Below, piece by piece: positions 9,446-19,725 of a stretch of 64,000 nt of DNA. The translations under genes were made by a program, and so were the position numbers. Source of the DNA: a virus; the IMG/VR virus record IMGVR_UViG_3300029319_007985, positions 1 through 64,000 of that record; one strand, given 5' to 3'. Below the pieces are notes generated by a model. It had not been told where the DNA came from. It searched no databases and was given only the letters and a program-made list of their open reading frames with translations. Within the stretch, counting starts at the first letter, position 1; each line of letters opens with the position of its first letter.

Positions 9446-10663
9446 ATGCTAATAGAAGATGTATTAAACGAATTTAAAAGAACACACCTTGAGCACATTG
9501 AAGATATCATTCTCACTCAAGGGTACGAGGGAGGACAGGCTGTTATAGATTATTACAGAGGACTCTTAGTTACACTGCAAGGCACATCTGTTGAACCTTT
9601 AAAAGTCAGTGTAAAGTGGGACGGTGCTCCTGCTGTAGTTTGTGGCACCAATCCTGACAATGGAAGATTTTTCGTAGGGACCAAGTCTGTGTTTTCTCAG
9701 TCACCTAAAATAAATTACACTAAGAGCGATATTGCCAAAAATCACGGCACAGAAGATCTTGGACAAAAACTTTTGAAGTGTTTAGTGCATTTGAAAAAAC
9801 TAAACATACAAGGCGTCGTGCAAGGAGATCTTTTGTTCACTGACGAAGACTTATCCAGAAAACCAATTGGAGGCAAACAGCATATTACATTTACACCCAA
9901 CACGATCACCTACGCTGTAGAGGAAGGCACCGATATTGCCAAGCAGATAGATGCCGCAAAGGTTGGAATTATTTTTCACACTTCATATGAAGGAGATGGA
10001 CTTGCAGACATGAATGCATCAGCAGGCGTAGATGTAGCAAGTTTCTCCAAGTCACCGGACGTGTTTTTCGACAACGCAACATATAAAGATGTATCTGGCA
10101 GTGCAAAGTTTACTAAGGATGAGACAGCGAACTTCATGCAACAGATTGATAACCTTGAAAAACTGTTACAATCTGTGCCTCGTAATCTTAGCGACATGTT
10201 TCGAGGCAACCAAGACTTTGTCCCATTCTTCCAAATGTTTATAAACGATCAAGTCAAGCAAGGCAAACTGCCAACAAATGCAAATCAATTTATAAATGAT
10301 TTTAGGAAATTCTATACAGATAGAATGCAACAGCAGATAGCAGGACTCAAAGCACAGAAGGCCCTGGCATTAAGGCAGGAAAAAATTAAAAACATGCCGC
10401 AGTTTCTAAACAGGATCAAGAGACCACTACAAGCGATGTTGAGTTTTTACAAGATGACACAGGCCATGAAGATATTTGTTCTAAGGAAAATGAACCAGGC
10501 GATGGCCATAGGATCATTTAGTCAAACCGAAAATGGACTTGAAGTGACTGAGCCAGAAGGATTTGTTGCAGTCGATAAGCAAGGCGGCGCTGTGAAACTG
10601 GTAGATAGATTAGGATTTAGCAGAAGAAATCTTACCGCTATCAAAAAATTCAAACCACGATAG
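9446..10663 (+). CDS. Phage protein with covalent nucleotidyltransferase (ligase-like) motifs, DUF6267-like
   Basis: KWDG, QGDL, EGFV, VKLV resemble ligase motifs I, III, IV, V. Confidence 0.55.
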   Translation: MLIEDVLNEFKRTHLEHIEDIILTQGYEGGQAVIDYYRGLLVTLQGTSVEPLKVSVKWDGAPAVVCGTNPDNGRFFVGTKSVFSQSPKINYTKSDIAKNHGTEDLGQKLLKCLVHLKKLNIQGVVQGDLLFTDEDLSRKPIGGKQHITFTPNTITYAVEEGTDIAKQIDAAKVGIIFHTSYEGDGLADMNASAGVDVASFSKSPDVFFDNATYKDVSGSAKFTKDETANFMQQIDNLEKLLQSVPRNLSDMFRGNQDFVPFFQMFINDQVKQGKLPTNANQFINDFRKFYTDRMQQQIAGLKAQKALALRQEKIKNMPQFLNRIKRPLQAMLSFYKMTQAMKIFVLRKMNQAMAIGSFSQTENGLEVTEPEGFVAVDKQGGAVKLVDRLGFSRRNLTAIKKFKPR

Positions 10664-11680
10664 TATTTCTTGATTTACAACTGACGCAAGACTTTTTGTG
10701 TTGAAAAATTGTTTGTAGTTGTGCGTCCTGGCTTCTTTGGTCAACTCGTAAATGTCTAACATAGATTTCTTGATGTCCCGGCAAGTGCCTACAAGTTTGT
10801 TTATCCTTTCATTTGGATCTTGTTCGTTATCATATGACTCATCAAAAACATTGTCAAAAGTTTTAAATCCTAGTTCTTTAATTTTTTTCAAATAGTGCAG
10901 GTTACCATGAACAACAAAAGGATGATGCATCAACACAGGCTTCCATAATTTTTCAGTTATGAAAACTTCAAAATTATTATCATTGGTCTCTGAAATAATG
11001 CTGACTTTGGTTTTCTCATAAGGTAGTGCATAGATGTCCTGGTCCATTCCGTTATGAGGATAATGTTTTGTGTTGTCAAGCCATGGCAGTTCATATCTTT
11101 TATCAAGGTCATATGGTTTGGTTGGATGACTGACAAAACTGGTCAATGAATTGGATAAAACATCTTCGTTCTGTAGTTTGTCATACAACTTCAACCTATG
11201 CGGTCTTGGTTGTTTGTTTAGATACAAGAAATCAAAATGTTTGTCTGTATGTTTTGTCTTGTAGTTTTTATTGTGTTTCATCAGCATGTAAACCCAAAAC
11301 CAACTTACCCCGCCATACCAAATGTAATCATCATTGCTGGGTAAAGGAAAATATGATTGCCTTGTGTTTGTAAAGTTATCTTTAGATTCCCATGGGGTAG
11401 CATATATGATTCCAAAGCCTAATGATTTCAATTTCTTTATTCTGTTGCTAAAATCTGCTTTGAAGTCTTCGCAGTCAAATCGCCATTTGTTTATCTGACG
11501 CATATCTACCATTGCAAACTTGCGATCGAAATGTGTGAGATCATGTGTGTGTAAAGCATAGTATTCATTTTCCATTACGAAACTTTGCTCAGTAAGACTA
11601 TTATAGTCAATATAACTTTCAAACCTGACATGATCACCTGTTTTCATGACATCTGATAGAATAAAATTGCTCTGTTTCAT
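10610..11680 (-). CDS. Glycosyltransferase-like hypothetical protein
   Basis: FLYLNK..R.HR, ISET, FITEKLWKP, GFKTF...DESYD motifs; GT10-like C-terminus. Confidence 0.5.
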   Translation of the reverse strand: MKQSNFILSDVMKTGDHVRFESYIDYNSLTEQSFVMENEYYALHTHDLTHFDRKFAMVDMRQINKWRFDCEDFKADFSNRIKKLKSLGFGIIYATPWESKDNFTNTRQSYFPLPSNDDYIWYGGVSWFWVYMLMKHNKNYKTKHTDKHFDFLYLNKQPRPHRLKLYDKLQNEDVLSNSLTSFVSHPTKPYDLDKRYELPWLDNTKHYPHNGMDQDIYALPYEKTKVSIISETNDNNFEVFITEKLWKPVLMHHPFVVHGNLHYLKKIKELGFKTFDNVFDESYDNEQDPNERINKLVGTCRDIKKSMLDIYELTKEARTHNYKQFFNTKSLASVVNQEILSWFEFFDSGKISSAKS

Positions 11681-11695
11681 ACGGTAAATATGTGT

Positions 11696-12547
11696 ATGTT
11701 AACACCCTTTTTACAGTATGTATCTGAAGCAAGAATAGTAAGACGGCAAGATGACTTGTCAAGGTACACTTACCAAGAGATCGAAGAAAGAGTGTTCCTA
11801 TCTTTTCTGGCTCTTGCCTTTTTAAAGATGTTCAACAGTTCAAAATCATTTGCTAAACAGTACGCCAACGCAACAATGACCTATGGTGGATTTGAAAGAG
11901 TAAGAACAACTGCCAATGACCTTCACAACATGCTGGCTGTCCTTGATGGAGACAAAAATTTGTTAGACAAACTGTCGAACAAACAACAAGCCAAGGCCCT
12001 GAGGCAAAGGCACATACTTCCTACGATGGCGATCAAGAGATATCTTAGGACCTTCGATGATGATTATAAATTTTTGACAACAATAGAAAGATCATTAGCA
12101 ATTAATAATCTAGACTATAAAAATTTACGCACCGCTGTGTCCGACTTCAACAATCTAGACTCAAGGAGGAAAAAAGTCACAGTGACAAGACTGTTACAGG
12201 CCTTGAGAGCAAAACTTGGTGGCACTGATATATTAAGGCAAGTTGACATCCTATCAAAGCAACAGGACTTCGAACTAGATAATGTTGTTGACGCTGAAAG
12301 GACCACGGCGCCCACTGAGATGACAGCAGATGAATTGAATGCATATAGAATACTAGTTGGTCCAACCAATGTGAGACGAGCCAAGATAGCAGTGGACCAA
12401 GCAAGACAGGGAAAAGGACTTGCAGGCCCGTTGGCGGCATCTTACTATCCAATAATGAAAATGATGGACGACATCGCAAAAGGTGGTTACACTTTTGTTA
12501 AGTTGTTTCAAACAATAGCAGACCGAGCCAAAAGAAGCAAAAAGTAG
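11696..12547 (+). CDS. Hypothetical phage protein (late)
   Basis: ORF; TAAATA(11685)-N5-ATG. Confidence 0.7.
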   Translation: MLTPFLQYVSEARIVRRQDDLSRYTYQEIEERVFLSFLALAFLKMFNSSKSFAKQYANATMTYGGFERVRTTANDLHNMLAVLDGDKNLLDKLSNKQQAKALRQRHILPTMAIKRYLRTFDDDYKFLTTIERSLAINNLDYKNLRTAVSDFNNLDSRRKKVTVTRLLQALRAKLGGTDILRQVDILSKQQDFELDNVVDAERTTAPTEMTADELNAYRILVGPTNVRRAKIAVDQARQGKGLAGPLAASYYPIMKMMDDIAKGGYTFVKLFQTIADRAKRSKK

Positions 12548-12602
12548 CATTTTTTATATATTATAGTAAAATTTACCAACCTTTACCATAAATAAAAACA
12601 AC

Positions 12603-12621
12603 TGTCACCTGAGCGGTGACA
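12603..12621 (+). promoter_or_regulatory. 5' leader hairpin of a late structural operon
   Basis: TGTCACC-TGAGC-GGTGACA between a TAAATA motif (~12588) and a strong AGGAGG SD. Confidence 0.55.
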
Positions 12622-12656
12622 TAGCATTGTAAATCAGAGAAAAAGGAGGATTAATA

Positions 12657-13082
12657 ATGCCAATAGCAACAAACAACAACAATCTAGGTACAACAATTGG
12701 GAACTTGTACACAGGACATGGAGTAGAATCCAAGTTCTTTACAGTAGTCGTAAAAGACAGTTCAGCAACTGCAATGGACCTAAGAGCACATGATGACTCA
12801 GATGGAAAATTCCATAAGGACGGTCTTGTAGACAGAGTTTTACAAATCGCCCAAACAAGAGGCACCATTGTGTACTTTAACGTAAAAAACGATAACAGTG
12901 GAACTATCACAATCGGAATGGAAGGTGAGTTTGGAACAGCAACTAACCTAGCATCTGCTTTTGATAACTCAGACGGTTCTAGCAACTTATCTGTTAAATT
13001 CAGAGCAACTGCTTCTTCTACAACAGAAGACGGTGTGGCTGACATTGCAGGTACGACTGTAACCGCTGATACACTTGTATAA
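12657..13082 (+). CDS. Putative virion structural protein, MPIA paralog 1
   Basis: Strong SD; A/T/S/D/G-rich; N-terminus MPIATNN shared with its neighbours. Confidence 0.65.
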   Translation: MPIATNNNNLGTTIGNLYTGHGVESKFFTVVVKDSSATAMDLRAHDDSDGKFHKDGLVDRVLQIAQTRGTIVYFNVKNDNSGTITIGMEGEFGTATNLASAFDNSDGSSNLSVKFRATASSTTEDGVADIAGTTVTADTLV

Positions 13083-13101
13083 TAACTGGGAGGAATAACA
13101 A

Positions 13102-13527
13102 ATGCCAATAGCAAGAAATAATTTCGCTTCGTTAGCCACAGCGGCTGAATTCGAAGGCGTGGACGTAAGTTTCCTAACAGTTGATTTCATTAACTCAATG
13201 GCGGCAGAAACAGGAGATCCACAAGCGGACTCCACTGTTGCAGGCTTGGCGTTAGTGAGACAGGCTCTAGAAAACTTAGGGTTTAACATAATCGGAAATG
13301 GTGCTTTAGCAGTATCAAGCACTGAGATGACTTACATGGTAAGAACAGACTCAGTAGATGCTACTCTATTAGCAACAGCATCCGACAACACAATAAGAGA
13401 CGCCATAAGAGCAGTTGACACAGCAGGTAGAGCCGCTTCGGCAACACCAAGAAACACTGCAAACTTTAGTGCGGCAACAGTAACAATCCAATCAGCAGGA
13501 ATGTCTGATACGGGTGTTAACGCTTAA
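13102..13527 (+). CDS. Putative virion structural protein, MPIA paralog 2
   Basis: GGAGG SD; MPIARNN. Confidence 0.65.
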   Translation: MPIARNNFASLATAAEFEGVDVSFLTVDFINSMAAETGDPQADSTVAGLALVRQALENLGFNIIGNGALAVSSTEMTYMVRTDSVDATLLATASDNTIRDAIRAVDTAGRAASATPRNTANFSAATVTIQSAGMSDTGVNA

Positions 13528-13548
13528 TAAGGTATAGGAGGATAACAA

Positions 13549-14112
13549 ATGCCAATAGCAAGTAACAATACAGGTATTATGTCAAGAAGACAATCTTTCA
13601 ACGGTAAAGGTTTAACTTTTATCGAAGTGATTTTTGACAATGCCATTACAGCGACAGCAACTACTCCTGATACAAAAGACTCAACTTTCCAAAAAGTTAG
13701 AGATGCAGTATTAGGCGGCGTTGTGTCAGGAACAACTTTGTTAGCACAATCTTACAGATTAGCGGCAAAGGCAACTGACGATGATGCATCTGAGGCGGCG
13801 GCGATCGACGCTGACGACTCAATCGATTCATATCAGTTTATCGTAGAAGGTTCGCCTGATGCGATTCAAACTGCTGACTCGACCGGCTCACCAAACGCTG
13901 GTGTGGCCGTTGCAACTCAAACTGCAGACGACACAGCAACTTTAATTTCAAGTGCTGAAGCAGATCTAGAAGCAGATATTCTATCAAGAATTGATGTATC
14001 TGACTCTGCTGGTAACGTGCATGTTAAAATCAGATTTTTACCATCTGATGGAGTTGGTTCTTCAGGCGGAAGTGCCGTTTACGGTATGTTCGACCAAAGA
14101 GGCGATGCATAA
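13549..14112 (+). CDS. Putative virion structural protein, MPIA paralog 3
   Basis: AGGAGG SD; MPIASNN. Confidence 0.65.
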   Translation: MPIASNNTGIMSRRQSFNGKGLTFIEVIFDNAITATATTPDTKDSTFQKVRDAVLGGVVSGTTLLAQSYRLAAKATDDDASEAAAIDADDSIDSYQFIVEGSPDAIQTADSTGSPNAGVAVATQTADDTATLISSAEADLEADILSRIDVSDSAGNVHVKIRFLPSDGVGSSGGSAVYGMFDQRGDA

Positions 14113-14133
14113 TCTTTAATTAGGTTAATTACC

Positions 14134-14169
14134 AAAAAGGGCGGATCTTTAATTAGGTTCGCCCTTTTT
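14134..14169 (+). terminator. Rho-independent (potentially bidirectional) terminator
   Basis: AAAAAGGGCGGATCT-TTAATT-AGGTTCGCCCTTTTT. Confidence 0.8.
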
Positions 14170-14188
14170 CTATTATGTAAATATCAAC

Positions 14189-14614
14189 ATGAAGCATCTT
14201 AAAGCACAAAATAAATTCGAAGATTACAAGACAGTGACCATGGAGATGAAATATCTAGTGCCTGCCAGTGTTTACAAAAAAGTACCGGACAGAGAAAAAC
14301 TTTTTGACAGCATACAAAAAGGAGAATTACTGTATCCTTTACTGGTGTACCAAGCAGAACAAGAATACTGGACCAAGAACCATTTGCCACTTTACGAATC
14401 TAACAGTCCAGAACTTCCAAAGAAGGCTCCAGTACTAGAAACAGAAATAATACGTGCCGGGCACCAATACTTTGAACCTAAGATTCATGTGATCTGGAGC
14501 GGCAGACAGAGATTCCAATTGGCCAAAGAACTGGGTTACACACACGTTGACTGTGTCATCGAATCGAATTTTTTTAGGATGGTGGACAAGGCCGGAAAGT
14601 ATAGAAAATTATAA
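14189..14614 (+). CDS. ParB/Srx-like domain protein
   Basis: LLYPLLV ... SGRQRFQLAKELGYTHVDCV resembles the ParB GxxR core. Confidence 0.5.
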   Translation: MKHLKAQNKFEDYKTVTMEMKYLVPASVYKKVPDREKLFDSIQKGELLYPLLVYQAEQEYWTKNHLPLYESNSPELPKKAPVLETEIIRAGHQYFEPKIHVIWSGRQRFQLAKELGYTHVDCVIESNFFRMVDKAGKYRKL

Positions 14615-15084
14615 TGCATACTTTTTGCATACACACCCTGGTAGATATAACAGAAAACGGAATGTTGAAAAAAGAATTTCCTTTCAAGACGAAGAGTGGT
14701 GAAATAGTACATGATAAACCAACGTTAGACATCGCTAAAAATCAGCAGTCCAATTTTATTACACTGATACAAACTTTACAACTACGGGGTAACATTGTTT
14801 GGGAACACACACCAGTGAAGATCCATGAAAATATTGCTAACATGCGTTTTGGTGAAGCATATGAAGGTAAGCATTTCATATGGAACTTCATGTGGCAAGT
14901 TGAACAACCTGACATATACAGCCAAGGAGTGGACAGATATGCTCAACTGCGTGAGGATTTTAACATGATCCCGGTGTTAAGTTTTTGTAAAGAGACTGCC
15001 ACTTTTCCGGCAAGTGCATTCATTACTGATGACCCAAAAACCATAAACACATACTTTACGTTTGTTCCTGATGAAAATAAATAA
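14614..15084 (+). CDS. Hypothetical phage protein
   Basis: ORF translationally coupled (TAATG). Confidence 0.65.
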   Translation: MHTFCIHTLVDITENGMLKKEFPFKTKSGEIVHDKPTLDIAKNQQSNFITLIQTLQLRGNIVWEHTPVKIHENIANMRFGEAYEGKHFIWNFMWQVEQPDIYSQGVDRYAQLREDFNMIPVLSFCKETATFPASAFITDDPKTINTYFTFVPDENK

Positions 15085-15116
15085 CTGCAATTACGGCACA
15101 CTAGGCTTACACAGGC

Positions 15117-15419
15117 ATGACTACTCAGGCACAGTTCCAGGCTTTATACCAACATCTGAGCGATGTAAAAAAGGAATTAAAAATTATGAGTAATACAACA
15201 GAACTAGAAAAACAGAATTTAGAAGCACACGTTGACCTTTGTAGTGAACGTTATACTCGTCTGCACGATCGTTTATCAGCAATAGAACTAAGACTAGCCA
15301 AGATGAATGAAGACATGACTGCTGGACACAAATCACAATCAAAAACAATTATAGCCACAGCAGGCACAGTGATAGCAGGTCTACTATCCACAATGGTTGT
15401 TGTGTTAATGAAATTTTAA
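15117..15419 (+). CDS. Coiled-coil protein with C-terminal TM helix (holin-like?)
   Basis: LEAHVDLCSERY coiled coil plus hydrophobic C-terminus; start may be 15186. Confidence 0.55.
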   Translation: MTTQAQFQALYQHLSDVKKELKIMSNTTELEKQNLEAHVDLCSERYTRLHDRLSAIELRLAKMNEDMTAGHKSQSKTIIATAGTVIAGLLSTMVVVLMKF

Positions 15420-15434
15420 TATAACCTTATCCAA

Positions 15435-15659
15435 ATGAAATGCCAAATCGCTCGAGGAGTTCGAGTCTTTATTACCAAAGAAGAATACGACTTTGTCTTG
15501 TCAATGCAAGGCAAAACTCCATTTATTATTTCTAATTTACCAATCGAGCAACAACCTATCGCACAAAGACTAGGAGACAAAACTATTTTTGTGAGGAAAA
15601 AACTTGTCAACACTACCCAATATAATTTAAATAAGAATGTAAAATTTTTGTATGAATAA
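15435..15659 (+). CDS. Hypothetical protein
   Basis: ORF in operon. Confidence 0.55.
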   Translation: MKCQIARGVRVFITKEEYDFVLSMQGKTPFIISNLPIEQQPIAQRLGDKTIFVRKKLVNTTQYNLNKNVKFLYE

Positions 15660-16143
15660 AAACGAACTATTAAAGCAGATACATCATTATAATCTTTCCA
15701 GCAAACTTAAGACACTTGCTGAAAATGATCAAAAGAAAAGGCCGTTTCGACACTTACCCAAGCAGTTTTCAAAAGGCATATTGATTGGCAACATAGCGAT
15801 AGTTCCAAAGAAGTCTACCGACACCCGATACGTTTACGTCATAGCAGACATGATCGAAGCAAAAGTGTTACATGACAATATTAGTCTAAAACAGACAGCC
15901 ATTATGATTGCTCATTACTTGGCGGAAGGACAGCCTGCTCCGGATCATCTGATCGAGCAAGATACTGCATTTGCATCAAAAATATTTGACATATCAAACT
16001 TCAAAAGAATGCAAAAAGACGCCCATAAGCAAGGAGACGAGGAACTTGAATTTGTGTATGAAAACAAGTTTGTTGAAGCCAACAGGGCGGCCGATGAACT
16101 TAAACACACAATCCAAACAAATTTTAACAGCCTGTTCAGTTAA
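15652..16143 (+). CDS. Hypothetical protein
   Basis: ORF in operon. Confidence 0.65.
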   Translation: MNKNELLKQIHHYNLSSKLKTLAENDQKKRPFRHLPKQFSKGILIGNIAIVPKKSTDTRYVYVIADMIEAKVLHDNISLKQTAIMIAHYLAEGQPAPDHLIEQDTAFASKIFDISNFKRMQKDAHKQGDEELEFVYENKFVEANRAADELKHTIQTNFNSLFS

Positions 16144-16163
16144 GGAGACGCTAAATATAACAT

Positions 16164-16994
16164 ATGCAATCATTTGAACTTACACAACCAGTATCTAGTG
16201 CCATATTATTGAAGCAGTTTGAATCGAGATTCGGCCAAACTATGAATCTACAAGGACTAGACAAAACACAATTAGAAGATTTAGCAAACAGTGTAAGAAC
16301 TAAAATACACACAATAACAGACAACTTGCACTTTGGCAAGGAACTTAAAGATAATGAATATCAAAAAAGTCAAATGATGTTAGATATCTTAAATCAAGCA
16401 ATAAATGAATATGGTGGTGGCATGGCAAGTTCAATAATTGGCAAAGCAACAGGTGAGATTAAAGATAAACTTTCAAAAGGACAAGCAGTAAGTCCAGCAG
16501 ATAGAAAAGCGGCGGCCCAGGCAATGAAGACAGAGGGCGTTGAAGAACAATCAGAATTAATTTTAGCGGCCAAAGACATGATGGACAAAGTCACAGGTTA
16601 CCTAGAAGATCTAGCATCAATGAAGACAGAAGGCATGTTAGAACTAGCAGACAGAATAAGAGATGAAATGGGTGCTGACAAGGCAGATGCATTCCTACAA
16701 AAAATCCAACCAGCAATAGAACAAGCAGAATCAACACTTACTCAAACTAGACAGGATCTAGACCAAGGCGTGAGAATATTAACAGGTGAAGAGACAGCAA
16801 CTGACACCATCGGCGCTGACACCATGAACACTGACGCTGACCTAGACAGTTTAGAAAGTCCTGAGGAAGATGATGAGTTCGGAGCCACTGACGCTGAAGC
16901 AGGCGGAACCGAGCCAGAAGGCAGAGAACAGAGAGAATCCAAAGAAGTTTTCGAACAGTCAAATAGGATCTACGCCAAACTAGCAGGGAAGTAA
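16164..16994 (+). CDS. Hypothetical helical protein with an acidic tail (possible head assembly/scaffold-like)
   Basis: TAAATA-N6-ATG; helical, acidic C-terminus; function inferred only. Confidence 0.6.
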   Translation: MQSFELTQPVSSAILLKQFESRFGQTMNLQGLDKTQLEDLANSVRTKIHTITDNLHFGKELKDNEYQKSQMMLDILNQAINEYGGGMASSIIGKATGEIKDKLSKGQAVSPADRKAAAQAMKTEGVEEQSELILAAKDMMDKVTGYLEDLASMKTEGMLELADRIRDEMGADKADAFLQKIQPAIEQAESTLTQTRQDLDQGVRILTGEETATDTIGADTMNTDADLDSLESPEEDDEFGATDAEAGGTEPEGREQRESKEVFEQSNRIYAKLAGK

Positions 16995-16998
16995 TTCC

Positions 16999-17355
16999 AT
17001 GCGTTTCACAGAATTCAAATCACCAGACACTGAAATAGAGTCAGCATTGGTTAACACCTTGACAAATATGAGAGGTGATGCCGATGACGATAAAGACACT
17101 GCTGAAATAAGTTTTCCTGCGTTAGATCAAATAATGAAGAACACAGGTTACCCAACATTCAATTACCAACTTTTTAAAACAATTTACGACAGAAGCGAAA
17201 CACTTAAAAATGTAGTGGACGATTTTGACCAAGAAAAGATAATAGTTAAGACAGATAAACAGGCAGAAAAAGATCCTGCCATGGACTTTGACAAGCAAGG
17301 CTCTACCGACGTAGTAAAAAAAATGGCTAAGTCTGCCATGAATAAACGTAAGTAA
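16999..17355 (+). CDS. Hypothetical phage protein
   Basis: ORF in operon. Confidence 0.65.
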   Translation: MRFTEFKSPDTEIESALVNTLTNMRGDADDDKDTAEISFPALDQIMKNTGYPTFNYQLFKTIYDRSETLKNVVDDFDQEKIIVKTDKQAEKDPAMDFDKQGSTDVVKKMAKSAMNKRK

Positions 17356-17390
17356 TTGACACCACCAACAAAGGCTTATATAATAACATG

Positions 17391-18095
17391 ATGAAGATAT
17401 CTGAAGATGTTCTAAAGGACAAAGGCATTTCCTATATAAAAAAATATCCTTACGAAGACATCTCTAAAACTTCCAAAGGAGGAAAAAGGCACTATGAGAC
17501 TCCTGACGGGAGAGCAGTGCCAAGTGTGACCACAGTGTTATCAGCAACCAAGGACATGACCCATCTAAATGCTTGGAAGAAAAGGGTAGGTGAGCAAAAG
17601 GCACAACAAATTGCAACTGAATCTGCAAACATAGGCACAGTGATGCATCGCAGTCTTGAGAAACATGTTAAGGGACAAGACAGAACACCAGGCTCTAATT
17701 TGATTCAGCAAAAAGGATTTGCGATGGCAAACATTATTATAGATCAAGGTCTCAATGACGTGTCCGAAGTTTGGGGATCAGAAATATCTTTATACTATCC
17801 AGAACTATACGCAGGTACCACCGACTTAATTGGCATCTACAAAGATGCTCCTGCAATAATGGATTTCAAACAGGCCCGTAAATTAAAGAAAAAAGAATGG
17901 GTAGAGGACTATTTTTTACAGTTAGTAGCCTACGCAGAAGCACATAACAAACAATACGGCACAGACATAAAAACAGGGCGTATTTTTATATGTACGCAAA
18001 AAAATGAATTCCAAACGTTTGAACTAGAAAACTATGACCAGTGGGCAGGCAAATGGTATAGTAAATTAGAACAATATTACAAGTCTGTCCTTTAA
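17391..18095 (+). CDS. PD-(D/E)XK exonuclease (phage exonuclease/Cas4-like fold)
   Basis: PSVTTVL, GTVMH, YAGTTDL, IMDFK, QLVAYA motifs; promoter TTGACA(17356)-N17-TATAAT(17379). Confidence 0.85.
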   Translation: MKISEDVLKDKGISYIKKYPYEDISKTSKGGKRHYETPDGRAVPSVTTVLSATKDMTHLNAWKKRVGEQKAQQIATESANIGTVMHRSLEKHVKGQDRTPGSNLIQQKGFAMANIIIDQGLNDVSEVWGSEISLYYPELYAGTTDLIGIYKDAPAIMDFKQARKLKKKEWVEDYFLQLVAYAEAHNKQYGTDIKTGRIFICTQKNEFQTFELENYDQWAGKWYSKLEQYYKSVL

Positions 18096-18120
18096 TAAAT
18101 AACACTAAATTTATAAATTT

Positions 18121-19725
18121 ATGGCAGTAGTTCAAATATCAAGAATACAACACAGACGTGGTCTAGCAACAGATCTCCCGCAATTAGCGGCAGGAGAATT
18201 AGGTTGGTCTATAGACGATCAAAAATTGTACATAGGAAACGGAACAGTTGCTGATGGGGCCCCTGCAGTTGGCAACACAGAAATTATCACTTCTGGATCA
18301 TCTAGTTTTACGACAGCGTTAAGTTATGTCTACAAAGGCTATCTTGGATCAAGCACAGTCATCACAACTGGTGCCAGTGGAGACTTCACAAGAACTGCAC
18401 AAGCAAAATTAGATGACTTTGTATCTGTGAAAGACTTTGGTGCACTTGGAGATGGATCCACTGCAGATGTATCTGCTATCCAAAGAGCACTAGATGAACT
18501 TTATTGCGACACCGATAAGGACGACGAGAGAGCAAGAAGAGTTTTATATTTTCCGGCAGGTGATTACCGAATTAATGCAAGTTTAAAAATACCACCATTC
18601 GCAAATTTAAGAGGAGAAGGACCAGGTAAGACTGTTATTGTACAATCTGCCAGTGCTCCTGTGGCTGTATTTCAAGATGACGAAAAACAAACTTATGGAT
18701 CAATAGGAGGAAGTGCCGCAACAACTCCTACCAACATTAACATAGAAGGTATAACTTTCAATAATGGATCAAGTTATGGCGGAGTCAGTATTGATAATGC
18801 AACCAATGTAAGATTTGAAAGATGTGAATTTAAAGGCGCATACGTGTCTGATGGTGCAGACAATTCAGTTTCAAAAGGTATAACAGTAAGATCAACAACC
18901 GCTTTACCATGTAGAGACATAATATTTGATGCTTGTATATTTCAAAAATTTGCCAGATTGGCTGATATAACAGATGATTCAACCAGTGTTAAATTTGTAA
19001 ACTGTGACTTCAAGATTGCATACTATGGTATAATAGTTGGTGAACAATTGGACGGTTCCACATCAGGAAAAACTATTGGACCGAAAGATGTTAAAGTGTC
19101 CAACAGTCAGTTTGCAACTATAGGACAAAATGCCATATTGGTAAAAGCACAGTCTTCTGCCGCTGACGGCTCTGTTGGTGAGGTTAGAAACTTTGTAAGT
19201 TTTGCAAATTATTTTGCACAAGACGTAGGTACAAATTTTGACACAGTTGATTCCACAGTAAACTTTTCACCAGCAATTCAATTTGATACTGATGAATGTC
19301 AGTCTATTGCTGATTATTTTGATGGAACACAAAGAAGACATCACGAAATAAATCCTATCCCAGAATTACAAGGGATCGGAGTAAACACAAGACCAATAAG
19401 ACAAATAACACTCGCGGATGATGCCTCGTCGGCCACCAGACTTTTACAGTTGCCAGCGTTGGCAGGTAAAAGCATTGAGATAAAATATAAAATGGAACGT
19501 AGCGGAAACTTAAGAACAGGAACATTTTGTATTAGTGCATCAACAAGTGGTGTTGCTTTCCATGATGACTTTATAGAATCAGATGGAGATGTAGGTGTAA
19601 CTTTATCCGCTGTCCTTTCAAATCTTGATTCTACCGCTGGTAACGAAACTGTTGAGGTCCAATACACATCTACCAATGACAGTTCTGCCGTTACAATGGA
19701 CTATGTTGTTACCGAAATGGTATAA
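18121..19725 (+). CDS. Tail fibre/spike-like protein with a pectate-lyase-3 beta-helix
   Basis: QLAAGELGW..D..KLYIGNG N-terminal phage fibre motif; VSVKDFGALGDG..D..AIQRA, LYFPAGDY. Confidence 0.75.
   Translation: MAVVQISRIQHRRGLATDLPQLAAGELGWSIDDQKLYIGNGTVADGAPAVGNTEIITSGSSSFTTALSYVYKGYLGSSTVITTGASGDFTRTAQAKLDDFVSVKDFGALGDGSTADVSAIQRALDELYCDTDKDDERARRVLYFPAGDYRINASLKIPPFANLRGEGPGKTVIVQSASAPVAVFQDDEKQTYGSIGGSAATTPTNINIEGITFNNGSSYGGVSIDNATNVRFERCEFKGAYVSDGADNSVSKGITVRSTTALPCRDIIFDACIFQKFARLADITDDSTSVKFVNCDFKIAYYGIIVGEQLDGSTSGKTIGPKDVKVSNSQFATIGQNAILVKAQSSAADGSVGEVRNFVSFANYFAQDVGTNFDTVDSTVNFSPAIQFDTDECQSIADYFDGTQRRHHEINPIPELQGIGVNTRPIRQITLADDASSATRLLQLPALAGKSIEIKYKMERSGNLRTGTFCISASTSGVAFHDDFIESDGDVGVTLSAVLSNLDSTAGNETVEVQYTSTNDSSAVTMDYVVTEMV

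Noticed and set aside
17391-18095. Cas4 of a CRISPR-Cas system
   Set aside because: No Fe-S cysteine cluster and no other cas genes or array; it is an ordinary phage PD-(D/E)XK exonuclease.
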